Origin: an uncultured Planctomycetota bacterium | GTDB taxonomy: Bacteria; Planctomycetota; Planctomycetia; Isosphaerales; Isosphaeraceae | Assembly: GCA_963845755.1 (NCBI GenBank) | Contig: CAWJTV010000037.1 | Coordinates: 32,001-96,000 of the forward strand | Reading direction: 5' to 3' | DNA: 64,000 bases | Shown here: positions 19,915 to 32,122 of the stretch, piece after piece | Position numbering within the stretch: position 1 is the first letter of the stretch | Layout of the letters: every line of letters begins with the position of its first letter | Program-made: the position numbers and the translations under genes | The notes under the pieces: generated by a model | What the model saw: the letters and a program-made list of their open reading frames with translations, nothing else | The model's database searches: none | What the model was told of the DNA's origin: nothing

Positions 19915-22900
19915 ATGGCGGGCGAGCAACTGCTCTGGACCGGGCCGTACGGGGCCTCGCTGCGCGATTACGCTCTGGCGGGTGCATCGAGCGATCCGAC
20001 GAGTCTGTGGCTGGTCCCCTCGCGGTTCGCGCGGATCAGGTCCGGCGCGAACTGGCGATGCGATCGAACCGGGCCATGTCGAGTACGCGGGTCTGGTGCC
20101 GTTCCGACCTGTGGCGGTGCCTTCGCGACGAGCTCAACGACGGAGATGGGCCGGCGTTCCTGTCTGAGAGCTCGGCCGGCGCGGTCTTCGGCGAGGCGAT
20201 TCGCCAGGCGCGTCAGGCGGGCGACCTCGCGGCGATCGCCTCGGTCATCGATTGGCCCGGATACCGCCGCCGGCTCCACGAGCGGCTGGCGGACTGGACG
20301 ATTCTCGAACGCCCGATAGGTTCCGCGGTCCCGAAAGAGTCGGTCACCGCCGCGGAGTGGGCGGTCTTCGTGCGCTACCGTGAGTTGCTCCGAAAACTGG
20401 GAGTGGAGGATGCAACGGGTTTCGCCGTCTGGGCTTCCCGGCGGCTGCTTCAGCGACCTCCAGCGTCGCTAAGGGCCTTCGATCAGGTCACGTTCCTCGA
20501 CTGGGAGGCTCCCGCAACGGCCGATTGGCGGATCCTTGATCATGCCTTGAGGCGGGCACAATCCGTCCGGGTCACATTGGCGTACGAGGACGATCCGCTA
20601 TCGATCTCCCACTACGCAGCCGTGGCACCGGTCCGCGAACGGCTCCGTGAACTCGGCTTTGACGAGGTGCCGGTCCGACCGGAGTTCTGGAGGCCGGCCG
20701 GTCTCCGGGAGCTGGAGCAAGCCCTCTTTCGCCAGGGCGAGTTGAGCGGCGCACTGGCCCCAGTGGCCTCGACTCAGGGCTTGAGAATTCGCGGTGTCCC
20801 TCAGGGCGAGGCCGCCGGCCGGTTGCTCGCCCGGGAGATCCGCTCGCACATCGACTCCGGGACAGTTCCCGAAGAGATTCTGGTCCTGTTCCCGGAGTGG
20901 TGTGAACAGGCAGACCTCGCGATGGAGATCGCGCGGGATTGGGGACTCCCGGTCCACGCCGTGCCGAGCCGGCCACTCGGTGCGGACCCGGCCGTCGCCG
21001 CGCTCTTGCTTGCGATTGACCTGCCGGTCGAGGACTGGGTGACCGATCGTCTGATAAGTCTCCTACGCAACGGCCAGGTCCGCCTGGACTGGCCAGGTGC
21101 GGACCTTCTCTCCAGGGCCGCCGCGGCCTCGATCGTCAAGACGTCCTCGGTCTTCCGGGGGCGCGAGCCGCTCTTGCGCTGGCTCGATCGCACGCTCTCC
21201 ACCGAGAAAGCCCAGACGGTGAAGGCCGAGCGTGCCCGGATGGCGCGGGACCTCCTGGCGAACCTATTCGCGCTCCTGGCCCCCCTCGACAAAGCACGGC
21301 CCTTCTCCGAGCAGCTCGAACAAATCGTCCGCATCGGGGAGATCCTCCATCTCGGTGAGTTTGCCCGCTCGGGCCTGGACCAGCTTAGGGACGCCATGGA
21401 GGATCAGGCCGGTGTGCTGGAACGCCTCGGCCGGGGGGATGCGCCGTGGAGCTGGTCGGCGTTCGTCCGCGAGGTCGAGTCGATCGCTCTGGGCCTGAAG
21501 GTACCGGGCCCGCCGCCACGGCCCGGCTCGGTCCGGATGGCCGCGGTTGGCGAGGCCCAGGGGGCTCGGTCTCAATTCGTCATCCTGGCCGGCCTCTCTG
21601 AGGGGACATTCCCGGCGCACGACGCCGTCGAGCCGTTTCTGTCGCTGCGACCTGGCGCGGTTCCCGATGACGTCAGCCGGCACGTGTTCTCGCGCGAGAT
21701 GCTCCGCTTCTCCAGGGTACTCGGTTCGGCGGAGTCGGGCGTCGTATTGATCTATCCGACGACCGACGTGAAGGGGCAGGACCTCCTTCGTGCGGGGTTC
21801 CTTGACGAGTTGCTGGAGCGGCTGACCCCCGAAGCAACCGCGGCATGCCACCACCCGATTCGGCGCGTGGACCCTGCCCTGATCGACTCGCCGGGCCTGG
21901 CGGGCTCGCCGGGCGATCGTCGCGTCCGTGCCGTGGCAATGGCTCGAGCCCAGGGTGACCTTGCACTCCTCTCCGCGTTGGCCGGACAGGCGACTCATCG
22001 GAGAGTGCTGGAGGGGACAGCGTTCGCGCCTCCAGGTCCTGGCGCACCGCCTTCGCGGCACCTCCTTCGGCGAATACGACGGGTTGCTCAAGGACGGTGA
22101 CGCCGTTCTCAACATCGCCGAAGCCTTCCCTCCCGATTACAGCTTCAGCGCCAGCCAGCTCGAGACCTACATCGCCTGTCCGTTTCAGTTCTTCTGCAAG
22201 TATGTACTCAACCTTGAGCCGACCGAACGGCGCGACGAGATCGGCGAAGATTACACCGAGCGCGGCAGCCGGATCCATAACATCCTCCAGCAACTGGAGG
22301 AGATGAAGCAACAGATCCGCGACCAGTCGCACGAGGAATTGGCGCGGATTGCGGTCGGTGCCGAGCTGAATGTGGCGCTGGCCGACGCCTCCGAGGTTGA
22401 TCTCGGCCTGGCGGAGATCGAGCGTCGCCGGCTGATCCAGACCATCGAGCGTTACGTGGTCCAGTTGCAAGGCTATGAGAACGACCCGCAAGCGCGGGCG
22501 ATCCCGCACCTCTTCGAGGTGGAGTTTGGAAAGGAGGATTCTCAGAGGCCACACCTGGAGATCGGCAGGGGCCAACGGATGGTCCGGCTCCAGGGGAAGA
22601 TCGATCGAATCGACCTGGTCGAGTCGCCGGAGGGCCGCGGGTTCCGCGTCATCGACTACAAGAGTGGGGCAGGTCCTTCGACCACCGACGTCAGCAAGGC
22701 ACGGCTGCTCCAGCTCCCGCTGTATGCCATGGCTGTCGAGCGAATCATCCTGGCGGAACAGGCCCTCTCCCTCCGAGATGTCGGCTACTGGGCGTTGCGG
22801 AAGGACGGATACAAGCCGATCGCGTTCCAGGAGTGGGAGGCCGTGCAGGAAGCCCTGGAATCGTACGTCGCCGAGCTGGTCGATCGGCTCCGGCAAGGGA

Positions 22901-23073
22901 TCTTCGTGGTGGATTCGCAGGTCGATGGATGCGAGAGTTTCTGCGATTATCGCGCGATCTGCCGGGTGCGCCAGGCACGGCTGGCGTCCAAGGTGCACGA
23001 TCGGGCCATTCCACCGGAGTTGGCAGTCGAGCGGGCCAGTCGGAAACGCCGAGGATCAGGGGATGAGCTATGA
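19915..23073 (+). CDS. addB: AddB/RexB-like subunit: degenerate helicase fold plus Fe-S PD-(D/E)XK nuclease; frameshifts near 20030 and 22020
   Basis: SASQLETYIACPFQFF, GKIDRID, VIDYKSG, QLPLY, C-ESF-C-DYRAI-C; overlaps the start of the UvrD gene. Confidence 0.82.
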
Positions 23074-26000
23074 GCGCCTCCGATTCCGCTCCGGGGTTCT
23101 CACTCACGGACCAGCAATGCCGGGCGCTTCAGGTGCCCGATGCCAGCGTGGCGTTGAGCGCCGGAGCCGGTTGCGGCAAGACGTTGGTTTTGACCGAGCG
23201 GTTCTTGGCGGCGCTCGACGATACCGGCGGGCGGCCGTTGCGGTCGCTGGTCGCACTGACGTTCACCGAGAAGGCGGCGCGGGAGTTACGACAACGGATC
23301 CGCGCCCGATGCCGGGCCCGGTTGGAGGCGGGTGAGGACCCGGCCCGGTGGTGGGCGATTCTTCGCGGTCTAGACGCAGCGCCGATCGGGACGTTCCACG
23401 AGTTTTGTGCACGACTGCTCCGCCGTCACGCGCTCCAGGTCGGGATCGACCCCGAGTTCGCGATCCTCGACGAGTCCGTCGCCGGTTCGCTCCGCGACGA
23501 GGCGGTCAGGGCGGCGCTCCGCCGTCTGCTGGCCGCGCGCGATCCGGACCTGATCGATCTGGGGACCGACTATGGGCTTCACCAGGTCCGCGAGACGCTC
23601 GGACGACTGACGGCTTCGCGCGGTGCAGTCGATCTCGAGGAGTGGAGCCGGCTCAGCCCCGAGGCGATCGTCGCTCACTGGCGTGGCCTGGTCGCGGACC
23701 GGCTCTGGCCCGCCGTCCGGGATCGGGCCGGCCCGAGCGTACGTCGATGCCTCCAGACGATCGCGTCGCTCGATTCGGATCACGCCAAGATCCGCGAGCG
23801 CCGCGCCGCGTTACCCGAGGCCCTGGCCGTTCTGGTGCCCGGAGCACCCCCCTGCTCCGCCGCGCAGCTCGACGCGCTGGTCGAGCTGCTGAAAGTAATC
23901 AATCTCCCACGTAAGGCCGCCTGGCCCTCGGACGCCGACTACGAGGCGGCCAAGCAGGCTTTCTCGGCGCTACGCGATCAGGTCAAAGATCAGATCAAGC
24001 CCGCGCTGGAATGGGACGAGCCGAGCGTGCTCGGTGCGGCCGAACAGAGCCTGCGGTTCGCCCGGCTGGCCCTGACGGTTCGTCGTGAGCATGAGCAGCT
24101 CAAGAGGCGCCGGCGGGGTCTGGATTTCGACGACCTCATGGTCATGGCCCGAGACCTCCTGCGCAACCATCCCGAGGTGGTGACGCCCGACGCGAACGTG
24201 CCGGGCGCCACGACGATCGAGTTCGTGCTCGTCAACGAGTTTCAGGATACCGATGCGATTCAGGCCGAGATCCTCAGGCTCTTGAGCGGCTCCGCATTCC
24301 TGTCCGGCCGGTTGTTCGTCGTCGGTGACGTCAAGCAGTCGATCTACCGATTCCGCGGGGCCGAGCCGTCGATATTCGCGCAGTGGCGGGCCGAATTCCT
24401 CGAACGCGGCCGGCTTCGCTTGACCGAGAACTTCCGGAGCGTTCCGGGTGTCATCCACTTCGTCAATGCGGCTCTTCGGCGACGGCTTTGGCGATGTCGA
24501 GTCGGGCGACAACGTCGGAAGTCCCGGCGGCCATCGGCTCGTGCCGATCCGCTCCGAAGACATCGGTATACCGACCGTCGAGTTTCTGTGGCCGGCCGCC
24601 GCCGAGGGCGAATCGGATCCAAAGCGGTCGAACCCGCGAGCGGCGAGTGATCGAGGCCCGGTGCCTGGCTCGTCGGCTGCGGGAGCGGCTCGCCGCGGGC
24701 TGGCCTATCCTCGAGCGAACCACCAACCTGACCCGGCCGGCTCACCCGGGCGACATCGCGCGATTGTTCCGCGCCATGACCGATCTCTGGCCGTTTGAAT
24801 CGGCCCTCGCCGACGAGGGATTCGACTACCACACGATTGGCGGCTCGGCCTTCTACGCGCAACAGGAAGTTCACGACGTGATCAACCTGTTGTCGGTGGT
24901 GGAGGACCCGTTCGATGAGATCGCGATGGCCGGGGCGCTCCGAAGCCCGTTCTTCGGCGTCAGCGACGAGGGGCTGTTCTGGCTGGCGACGACGTTTCAG
25001 GACGGCGGGCTGGCGGCCGGCCTTCATCGACTCGACGAGATCGCCAAGCTATCGCCGCTGGACCGCCGCCGCGCGGTTCGGGCCCTGGAGCTGCTGTCTC
25101 GCTGGCGGTCGATGAAGGACCACGTGCCGATGGCGCGTCTGGTCGCCCAGATGCTGGATGAGTCGGGGTTCGAGGCCGCCGTGGTTTGTGAGTTCCTCGG
25201 CGAACGCAAGCTCGCCAACACGCGAAAGATCGTTCGGCTGGCGCACGACTTCGACCGTCAGGGCGGCTTCACGCTGGCGGAGTTCGTGGCGCGGCTGCGG
25301 GCCGACCTGGAGAACGAGCCGCGCGAGGAGCAGGCGGCGACGACCGACGAGTCAGGTGCCAGCGTCCGGTTGATGTCGATCCATCAGGCCAAGGGGCTGG
25401 AGTTTCCGATCGTGGTCTTGCCCGACCTGGCGCGGGCGTCGAGCAATCGGAGTCCTTTGGTGGCGTGCCATCCGGACCTCGGACTGGTCGTGCGCCCGCC
25501 GCAATCGTCGCCGAGCGCGGGCGAGTCGCCGGGGGATTCCGCGCCGGAGAGCTTCGCCTGGCGGGCGTACCTAACGCTCGAGCGTGCGGACGACGAACAG
25601 GAGTCGTTGCGCCTCTTCTATGTGGCGGCCACACGGGCGCGCAACGCGCTGATCCTCTCGGCCGGATTGGGTCCGGACGAGCCGGTGAAGACGACATCCG
25701 TCGCGATGCGTCTCCTCGATGACCGGTTCGACCGGCGGACCGGCCTGTACCGGCTCGCGTCGGTGGAGCCGGGTCCCTTGCAGGCGGTGCACGTCTCGAT
25801 CATGAGCCCTCCCGTCCCGCGCGGCGAGCGCGCCTCGACGTTGACGCGTGCCGCGATTACGACGATTGCGGAGACGATCGGGTCCGTCGCGCCGACCGGA
25901 TCGGATGAGCCCGTGCGAGCCGTCCCGCCTCCGCAATACCTGGACCTCGACCCTGCGTTGGGCCTCTCTCCCCGCACCGCCCGGCTCGACAGCCTGATCC

Positions 26001-26542
26001 GCGCGATCCTGCGCGACCCTCGATGGCTCCGCGGCGAATCGATCGAGTCCATCGCGGCCCGTACCGCAGTACGGCAGGTCCCCGCCGCGAATCCGAGCCT
26101 GGTCCGCGAGGCGATCCGGCGGATCGATCCTCTCTGGGAATCTCCTGCCTTTCAAGCCTTGCGCACCGCCGATGCCGGCTCCGTCCGGTATAACTTCGCC
26201 TTCACGATGGCGTATCCACTCGAGGACACTCCAACGGCGTCAACTGTTATCCACGGAAGCTGCGACATTCTCTTCCGCGATCCCGAGGGGCAGTGGCAGG
26301 TGATCATCCTCGCGGATGCGGGAGCGTGCCCTGCGAGCCAGAGACTCCGGCTCCAGGTATCCGCTCGGGCTGTCACAGGCTCTGGGTATTCACCCGTCCG
26401 CCAGGGCTGGATCGTCAGGCATCGTTCTGACGGCGCTCTCGTCGAGTGGCGCGAAACCGAATTCGATGATTCCAAGATCGCCGTTGCACTTCAGGATCAC
26501 GTCGGGAGGAACGCGGAAGGAGAGGCGCTCGGACTTTCGTAG
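23070..26542 (+). CDS. addA: AddA/UvrD-like helicase subunit; frameshifts near 24475 and 24635
   Basis: AGAGCGKT, LTFTEKAARELRQRI, TFHEFC, (N)EFQDT, VGDVKQSIYRFRGA, NFRS, MSIHQAKGLEFP, LFYVAATRA. Confidence 0.88.
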
Positions 26543-26662
26543 AATAAGTCTTCACGTTTCCGCGTCCACGCGCAGGCGGTGGAATCGGCGACGAAGGAGG
26601 ACTGATCGATGATGGAGTCTCCTTCGCTGAAGTCGGGTTGGCCGACATGAGTGTGCCGAGGG

Positions 26663-26887
26663 CAGGTGCCGAACCGTTCATCCAATCTGTTCGAAACCGT
26701 TCACCCCGGTGAACTGCGACTGCCCTGAAAACAGGTGCTAGATCAGGTGCCAAGCATGAGGAGGACCGTTGTGGACTTTTTTCGACACGCGCAATCTTCC
26801 ACAGGTTATAAAAATTAGTTATTAATTTTTTGATTTTATTACTGATGATCCAATCAATTATTATATACAAACATCAATATTTTCAAT
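26663..26887. promoter_or_regulatory. Three CAGGTGC direct repeats plus an AT-rich tract with an IHF-consensus site (att-like island boundary)
   Basis: CAGGTGC at 26663, 26732 and 26744; 26806-26887 has 12 G+C in 82 nt; minus strand 26835-26823 reads AATCAA-AAAA-TTA, matching WATCAANNNNTTR. Confidence 0.5.
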
Positions 26888-26960
26888 CCACCCTGACGTT
26901 CATTGATGTCTTGCCGGACCGGGGGTTCGCAACCGTGGTCGGAGTGCCTGCTAGTGGCCC

Positions 26961-27390
26961 TGTCCTGCTCCAGACGGAATGGGAAGAACAGCCCACTCTA
27001 ATAAGCCACAATTTCGAGCGGAGGCTCTCCCATGGCCAAGAAGACTCGCAAGCGATTCAACGCTCGGGAGAAGGTTGCCATCCTGCGGCTCCATCTCATC
27101 GAACACGACGCCATCTTGGATCTGTGTGACCAGAACGGCATCCACCCCACGATGTTCTAACGCTGGAAGAAGGAGTTCTTCGAGAACGGCGCCGCCGACC
27201 TCGAGCCCCGCTCCCGACGCCCCACCGACTCCAAGGACCAGCGAATTGAGCTCCTGGAGCAGAAGCTCCAGCACAAGCACGAGGTCCTCTCAGAACTTAT
27301 GGACGAACATATCAAATTAAAAAAAGAGCTTGGGGAACTCTGAATCGAGCATCGGTTCCCCAGGCCACCCGAGATGCGGTTGTCCGCTTA
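26961..27390 (+). mobile_element. Truncated IS3-family element (probable left end, orfA, first codons of orfB)
   Basis: 5'-TG end (TGTCCTGCTCC...), OrfA HTH protein, A7G slippery site at 27319-27326, -1 frame KKRAWGTLN...TRDAVV then abrupt loss; no DDE domain. Confidence 0.8.
27032..27343 (+). pseudogene. IS3 transposase OrfA with an in-frame stop
   Basis: MAKKTRKRFNAREKVAILRLHL...HPTMF*RWKKEFFENG...KLKKELGEL; TAA at 27158-27160. Confidence 0.85.
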
Positions 27391-27394
27391 AGAA

Positions 27395-29223
27395 CTATCT
27401 TGCCCAAGCGTACGCTTCAACGCGCGGGTCGGCACCGGCACTGAGGACGCCTGTCTTTGGATCAATGGCGATGGCCGCGTTCGAACCTAACGACCATGCG
27501 CCTGCTGATAGCAATTTGTGACCCTTGGCTTGGAGCGCTTTCTGGACTGCATTCGGAATACGGGACTCGACGGACAAGTCTCCGGGGTGGCTCATGTTGT
27601 GCGGAAACACCGAAGACGCGAAACCGCGCGTCGACCACCGCGGAGCTTCGATCGCCTGCTGAACGTTCATGCCGAAGTCGATCATGTTCATGAGCGTCTG
27701 GACGGTCCGCTGAATCTGATCGTCACCGCCGGGGCTGCCAGTGATCAACCAGGGTTGGCCGTCCTTGATCACCAGTGTGCTCTGCAGTGTACTACGCGGG
27801 CGCTTGCCTGGTTCAAGTGAACGCGGCTCACCCGGCGTGAGCGAATAGTAGTCGCCGCGGCAGTTGAATATGAAGCCCAGGTCGGCCATTACGACGCCCG
27901 TGCCGAACCCGCTGTGCAGACTGGGTTCGAAACTCACCATGTTGTGATCCTTGTCGACCACAGCGATATAGCTGGTGTCTCCTCCCGAATAATCGGCCTC
28001 ACCCACGTGCGTGTGTCCGATGCCGGCAGGTGCTGCCGCCACTTTCATGAACTGCTCGGGATTGCCGGGCCGGATCTCGAGCAAAGCGCGATTGGGATCG
28101 ATGAGCTTGCGGCGCTCGGCCGCGTAGGCCTTGGAGAGCAGACCTTCGTAAGGGACTCGCACGAAGTCGGTGTCGCCCAGCTTCTCGCGATCGGCAAATG
28201 CGAGCTTCAGTGCTTCGGCACTCATGTGGATGTATTCCGAGCTGTTGTGCCCCAGCTTCTTGACGTCATAGCCCTCCAGGATGTTCAACAGGAACAGCTC
28301 AGCGGGACCCTGGGACGAGGACGGGTTCTTGTAGACTTCGTAGCCGCGATAGTTCACGGACACCGGTGTTTCAACCTTGGCGGTATACGCCGCGAAATCC
28401 TCGTAACGATAAAGGCCACCGTTCTGTTCGGAGAACTCACCCATGGATCTGGCGATGTCGCCTTTATAGAAGCGATCGCGCACGGCACGCAGCGCCTCGC
28501 GCCGACCTTTTCCCGCCGCAGCCTGCTCGGCTTCGACCAGCTTCCGGAGCATTCGAGCGGAATCGACGTTGCGAAAGATGTCGCCGGGGTGCGGGGCCTT
28601 GCCATTCGGAAAATACACCTTCTTGGAGGTTGGATGTTTCTGAATCTTTTTTGAGCCGGCGATCGCACGCGCCAAACCATCGCCAATTGGGAAGCCGTTT
28701 TCGGCCACGTCGATTGATTGCTCCAGCACCTGGGCAAAGGTCATGGTGCCCCAGCGATCGAGCAGTACATACCACGCATCGATAACGCCGGGCAGCGACG
28801 CGGAAAGCATTCCGTCACTATTGGGAATCTTGCCGCCGTTGTTCTTGTTGTACCAATCGATCGTCGCCAGTTTTGGTGCGGTTCCCTCGGCATTGATCGA
28901 GTACACCTGTTTCTCGCCTGCGTGGTAGACCAGGATGACCGCGTCGCGCCCAGACCATTGGACTCGGGATTGACCAGCGCCAGCACGGCCTGGCCGGCCA
29001 CAATGGCGTCGAACGCGTTGCCACCCGATTCCAGGATTCGCGCGGCGGCTCTAGTTGCCTCCTGTTTCATCGACGAAACAGCATATTGCGTGCCCCGCAC
29101 GACCGGCCGAAACGTTCGGCTAGACGTCGTCGAGCCGTCGGTTTTTTCCTGAGCGTTCAATGGGTATGCGACCAACAGGTTAAGCAGCAATGCACCGAGG
29201 AGACAAATCGGCAATCGTCGCAT
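27395..29223 (-). CDS. ggt: Secreted gamma-glutamyltransferase family protein; frameshift near 28945
   Basis: Signal peptide MRRLPICLLG; GGNAFDA, FYKGDIA, nucleophile segment DTSYIAVVD, PGKRPRSTL, GSPGG, GADPR. Confidence 0.9.
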
Positions 29224-29545
29224 GGCATGACTCCAGGTCGGCGGGTGTGTAATGGTTGACGGAGTGAATGGCGTTGAGCGGGCCGTTTTGATTCGCACGA
29301 GTATGGGCGCGTCGCGACGGTCGGTCAAGAAACGCCAGGTACTTTCGCAATCGCTTGTGGTTCATCCGTCCACCCTATCGGCTGCCCGAGCGCACATAGG
29401 TCTGATCGACCGAAGTCAACTGGGATCAATCGACTTCGGTGTCGTCGGATCCAAGCGAGATAGATCGGGGCGACTGGACGCCGCTAGAACTTCTTTTCGC
29501 CGGCGCCTGAGGGCTCAATCTTCTTCGCCGGGCCGCCCCGCGTAC

Positions 29546-29593
29546 GTTCGAATCCCGTCGCCAGTCGCTTCCGCAACCAGCGGCGGGATTTAA
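29546..29593. repeat. 48-bp palindromic element, copy 1 (REP-like)
   Basis: GTTCGAATCCCGTCG...CGGCGGGATTTAA; 39/48 identical, without gaps, to 33497-33544. Confidence 0.75.
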
Positions 29594-29711
29594 GTTTGTG
29601 AAACAGTCGGGGCGACAAGACACCGTGAGAACCTTTTATCGCCGATGTCCGGGGTTGGGAAGCCGACCCGCGTCGGCGGCTGGATGACGGAAATCCTGTC
29701 GAGCACGTGGC

Positions 29712-30834
29712 TTAGCGATTCACGATGTCTTTCACCCGCTCGGCCAGCGCCGCTGCGATGGTCCCGCCGCCCGGCGCCATCTTGTTCATCATGTAGGAGA
29801 AGGTCATGCGGCGATCCACGTCGATGATCACCAACGAGCCGCCATAACCGCGCCAGGAACACACCCGGCCTTCCGGGGCAAGGCCATAACCGACGCCCCA
29901 CTTGATCGGGATGCCTATCACGAGGTCGATCCCGTTGAATTGCACCTCGAAGATACGGTCGATCGTCTTGGGCGAGAGCAGCCGGACGCCATCGACCTCG
30001 CCGCCGCAGGCCACCGCCGACCGGAGGCGCCAGCGAACGGGCATTGCCGTGGCCGTTGCCCGCGCCGATGTCGGCGCGCCGCCAGCCTTCAGTCCAGGTC
30101 GTTTCCACGCTCATGGTCGGGTTGGTCATCGTCTTGAATGCCACGTTGCTGGGGTCCGGTTGGATCAGGTCGGCCGGCGCCGCCGGTGCCGGCACCACGT
30201 TGGCGACGCGATGGAGCTCCGACGGTGGCAGCCCGATGTGGAAGTCGGCGCCCAGCGGACCCGCAATGTGCGCGGCAAAGAACTCACCCAGGCGCTGGCC
30301 GGTGATGCACCGGATCACTTCGCCGATCAGGTGGCCGTAGTTCAGCGCGTGGTAGCCCGAGGCTGTCCCGGGTGCCCACCAGGGCGCCTGGGCGGCCAGC
30401 AGGGCGGTCGATTTGTTCGAGTCGTACAGGTCCTCGAGGGTGATCGGCTGGTTCCAGCCCGAGACGCCCGAGGTGTGCGACAGGAGCTGGCGAACCTTGA
30501 TCCCCTCCTTGCCCCAGGCCGCGAACTCGGGCCAGTACTTGGCGACGGTCGGGTCGAGGTCAAGTTCACCGCGATCGATCAGGACCAGCGCGGCGAGCGA
30601 GGTCATGCACTTGCTGGTGGAGAACACGTTGGAGATGGTGCTCTCGGTCCACGGCGCGGCGCGGGCCTCGTCAGCCCAGCCGCCCCACAGGTTGACGACC
30701 ATCTCGCCGTCGATGTTGAGGCGAGCGAGGCACCGAGGTCTTCCCCCGACTCGAGCTTGGAGGCGAATAGCTCGCGCAGAGGGTCGAAGCGGCGCGCTGC
30801 ACGTGCCGCCCAGCGCCGTCGGGTGATCGCTCAT
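29712..30834 (-). CDS. Beta-lactamase-fold serine hydrolase (EstA/family VIII esterase); about three frameshifts, possibly a pseudogene
   Basis: FSTSK (SxxK), [22 protein letters not shown]; frame changes near 30770, 30720 and 30030. Confidence 0.8.
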
Positions 30835-31043
30835 GAGGCCTCCATACAGCAATTGCAGTTGAAGCTGACGCCGATGTGGCATGGCCGATTGTCGGTGACC
30901 GTCCTGCTGCCCAACCGGTATTCCAACGACAAGGCGACAAGACGGCTATTGAATTCTTTTTGCGCTCCTGCGCGAAAATTGACGGTTTCGCTCTTCGTGC
31001 ATTGATTAGCGATCGACGGCTTCAGATGAGATACTTCGTTCGC

Positions 31044-31442
31044 TCATGCCTCGTTCGCTACCGCCGCGCTCCGCTCGGAAACCCGGCGGTTCAACTCTTC
31101 ATTGGCCGGCCGGATCTCGAACACGTTCCCAAACTTCAGCGCGGGGTGTTTCGACATCAGCGAGATGGCGTGGTTCAGGTCGCGTGCTTCCAGCAGCAGA
31201 ATGCCGCCGAGCGATTCCTTGGTTTCCACATACGGACTGTCGGTGACCTGGACCTCGCCATCCTTCATCCTCAACGTGACCGCGTTATGGGCGGAATCGA
31301 GCGCTTCTCCCCCCAGGAAATGCCCACCTCGCCGAAGTACGTCGTCGTAGGCGAAGCAATCCTCCATCATTGTCTGCGCGTCTGTCTGCGGAATCTGAGC
31401 AAACGCCGCCTCGTCGAAGAACCCTAAACAGACGTATTTCAT
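31044..31442 (-). CDS. YciI/DGPF domain protein
   Basis: GGEAL...AVTLR...[26 protein letters not shown]...EIRP. Confidence 0.9.
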   Translation of the reverse strand: MKYVCLGFFDEAAFAQIPQTDAQTMMEDCFAYDDVLRRGGHFLGGEALDSAHNAVTLRMKDGEVQVTDSPYVETKESLGGILLLEARDLNHAISLMSKHPALKFGNVFEIRPANEELNRRVSERSAAVANEA

Positions 31443-31509
31443 GCGACTCTCCGTTCAAGGACCGCCCTGGTGGATTTGTTCGGCCTTCACGCTGCCAAGC
31501 TCTCAATCA

Positions 31510-31959
31510 TTATTTAAAACGGGCCAGGCCGTAACCGTCATCATCAGCCGAGCGGGCTTCCAGTTCTTTAACTTCCTCCAGCCGCTCGGGGGTGACCAGC
31601 CCGGCAAAGTCCTCCGGTTCAAACAACGGACGAATTTCGATTTCGAAGTCTTCAGTCATCGGGTTCGGGCATTTCTTCACCCAGTCAATCGCTTCTTGTA
31701 GTGAAGTGACCTTCCAGACCGAGAACCCGGCGATGAGTTCCTTCGTCTCAGGGAATGGCCCGTCGGTGACGGTGCAATTTGAGCCGGAGAACCGAACACG
31801 GGCGCCGCGAGAGCTTGGCGTCAGTCCCGTACCATCGAGCAGGATTCCCGCATTGATCAATTCTTCGTTGAACTTTTCCATGGCCGAGAACATTTCGGCG
31901 GACGGCATCTCGCCCGCTTCTGACGACGCTGACGCTTTGCCAATCACCAGGACTTTCAT
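31510..31959 (-). CDS. YciI/DGPF domain protein
   Basis: GLTPSSRGARVRF...DGPFPETKELIAGF...EAIDWVKKCP...IEIRP. Confidence 0.9.
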   Translation of the reverse strand: MKVLVIGKASASSEAGEMPSAEMFSAMEKFNEELINAGILLDGTGLTPSSRGARVRFSGSNCTVTDGPFPETKELIAGFSVWKVTSLQEAIDWVKKCPNPMTEDFEIEIRPLFEPEDFAGLVTPERLEEVKELEARSADDDGYGLARFK

Positions 31960-32028
31960 GTCGGAACTCCTGAACTTGGTGGATGGGAATGCGATCGAAG
32001 TCGGTCATTATCCGACTTTCACACAGTA

Positions 32029-32055
32029 GTCAAACGAGAATCCCACAGATCGACA
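32029..32055 (-). promoter_or_regulatory. Putative ECF42-type promoter for the yciI pair
   Basis: Minus strand TGTCGA-N17-TGAC; resembles the ECF42 consensus as I recall it (TGTCGA / CG(A/T)C), with one mismatch in the -10. Confidence 0.55.
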
Positions 32056-32122
32056 ATAGTCTCCAAGATTTCGCCAGAAATCTTTTGCCTTCACATTTCA
32101 CAGAACAAATTGCGGTCGAGAA

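Noticed and set aside
21928..23073. Stand-alone Cas4 or defence nuclease
   Set aside because: It is the frameshifted C-terminus of AddB and is coupled to addA.
26735..26755. Sigma-54 promoter (TTGGCAC on the minus strand)
   Set aside because: No GC at the -12 position; it reads GG-N10-AG.
26768..26870. Replication origin (DnaA-like boxes next to an AT-rich tract)
   Set aside because: The boxes have 1-3 mismatches and are few, and no dnaA or other ori-linked genes are nearby.
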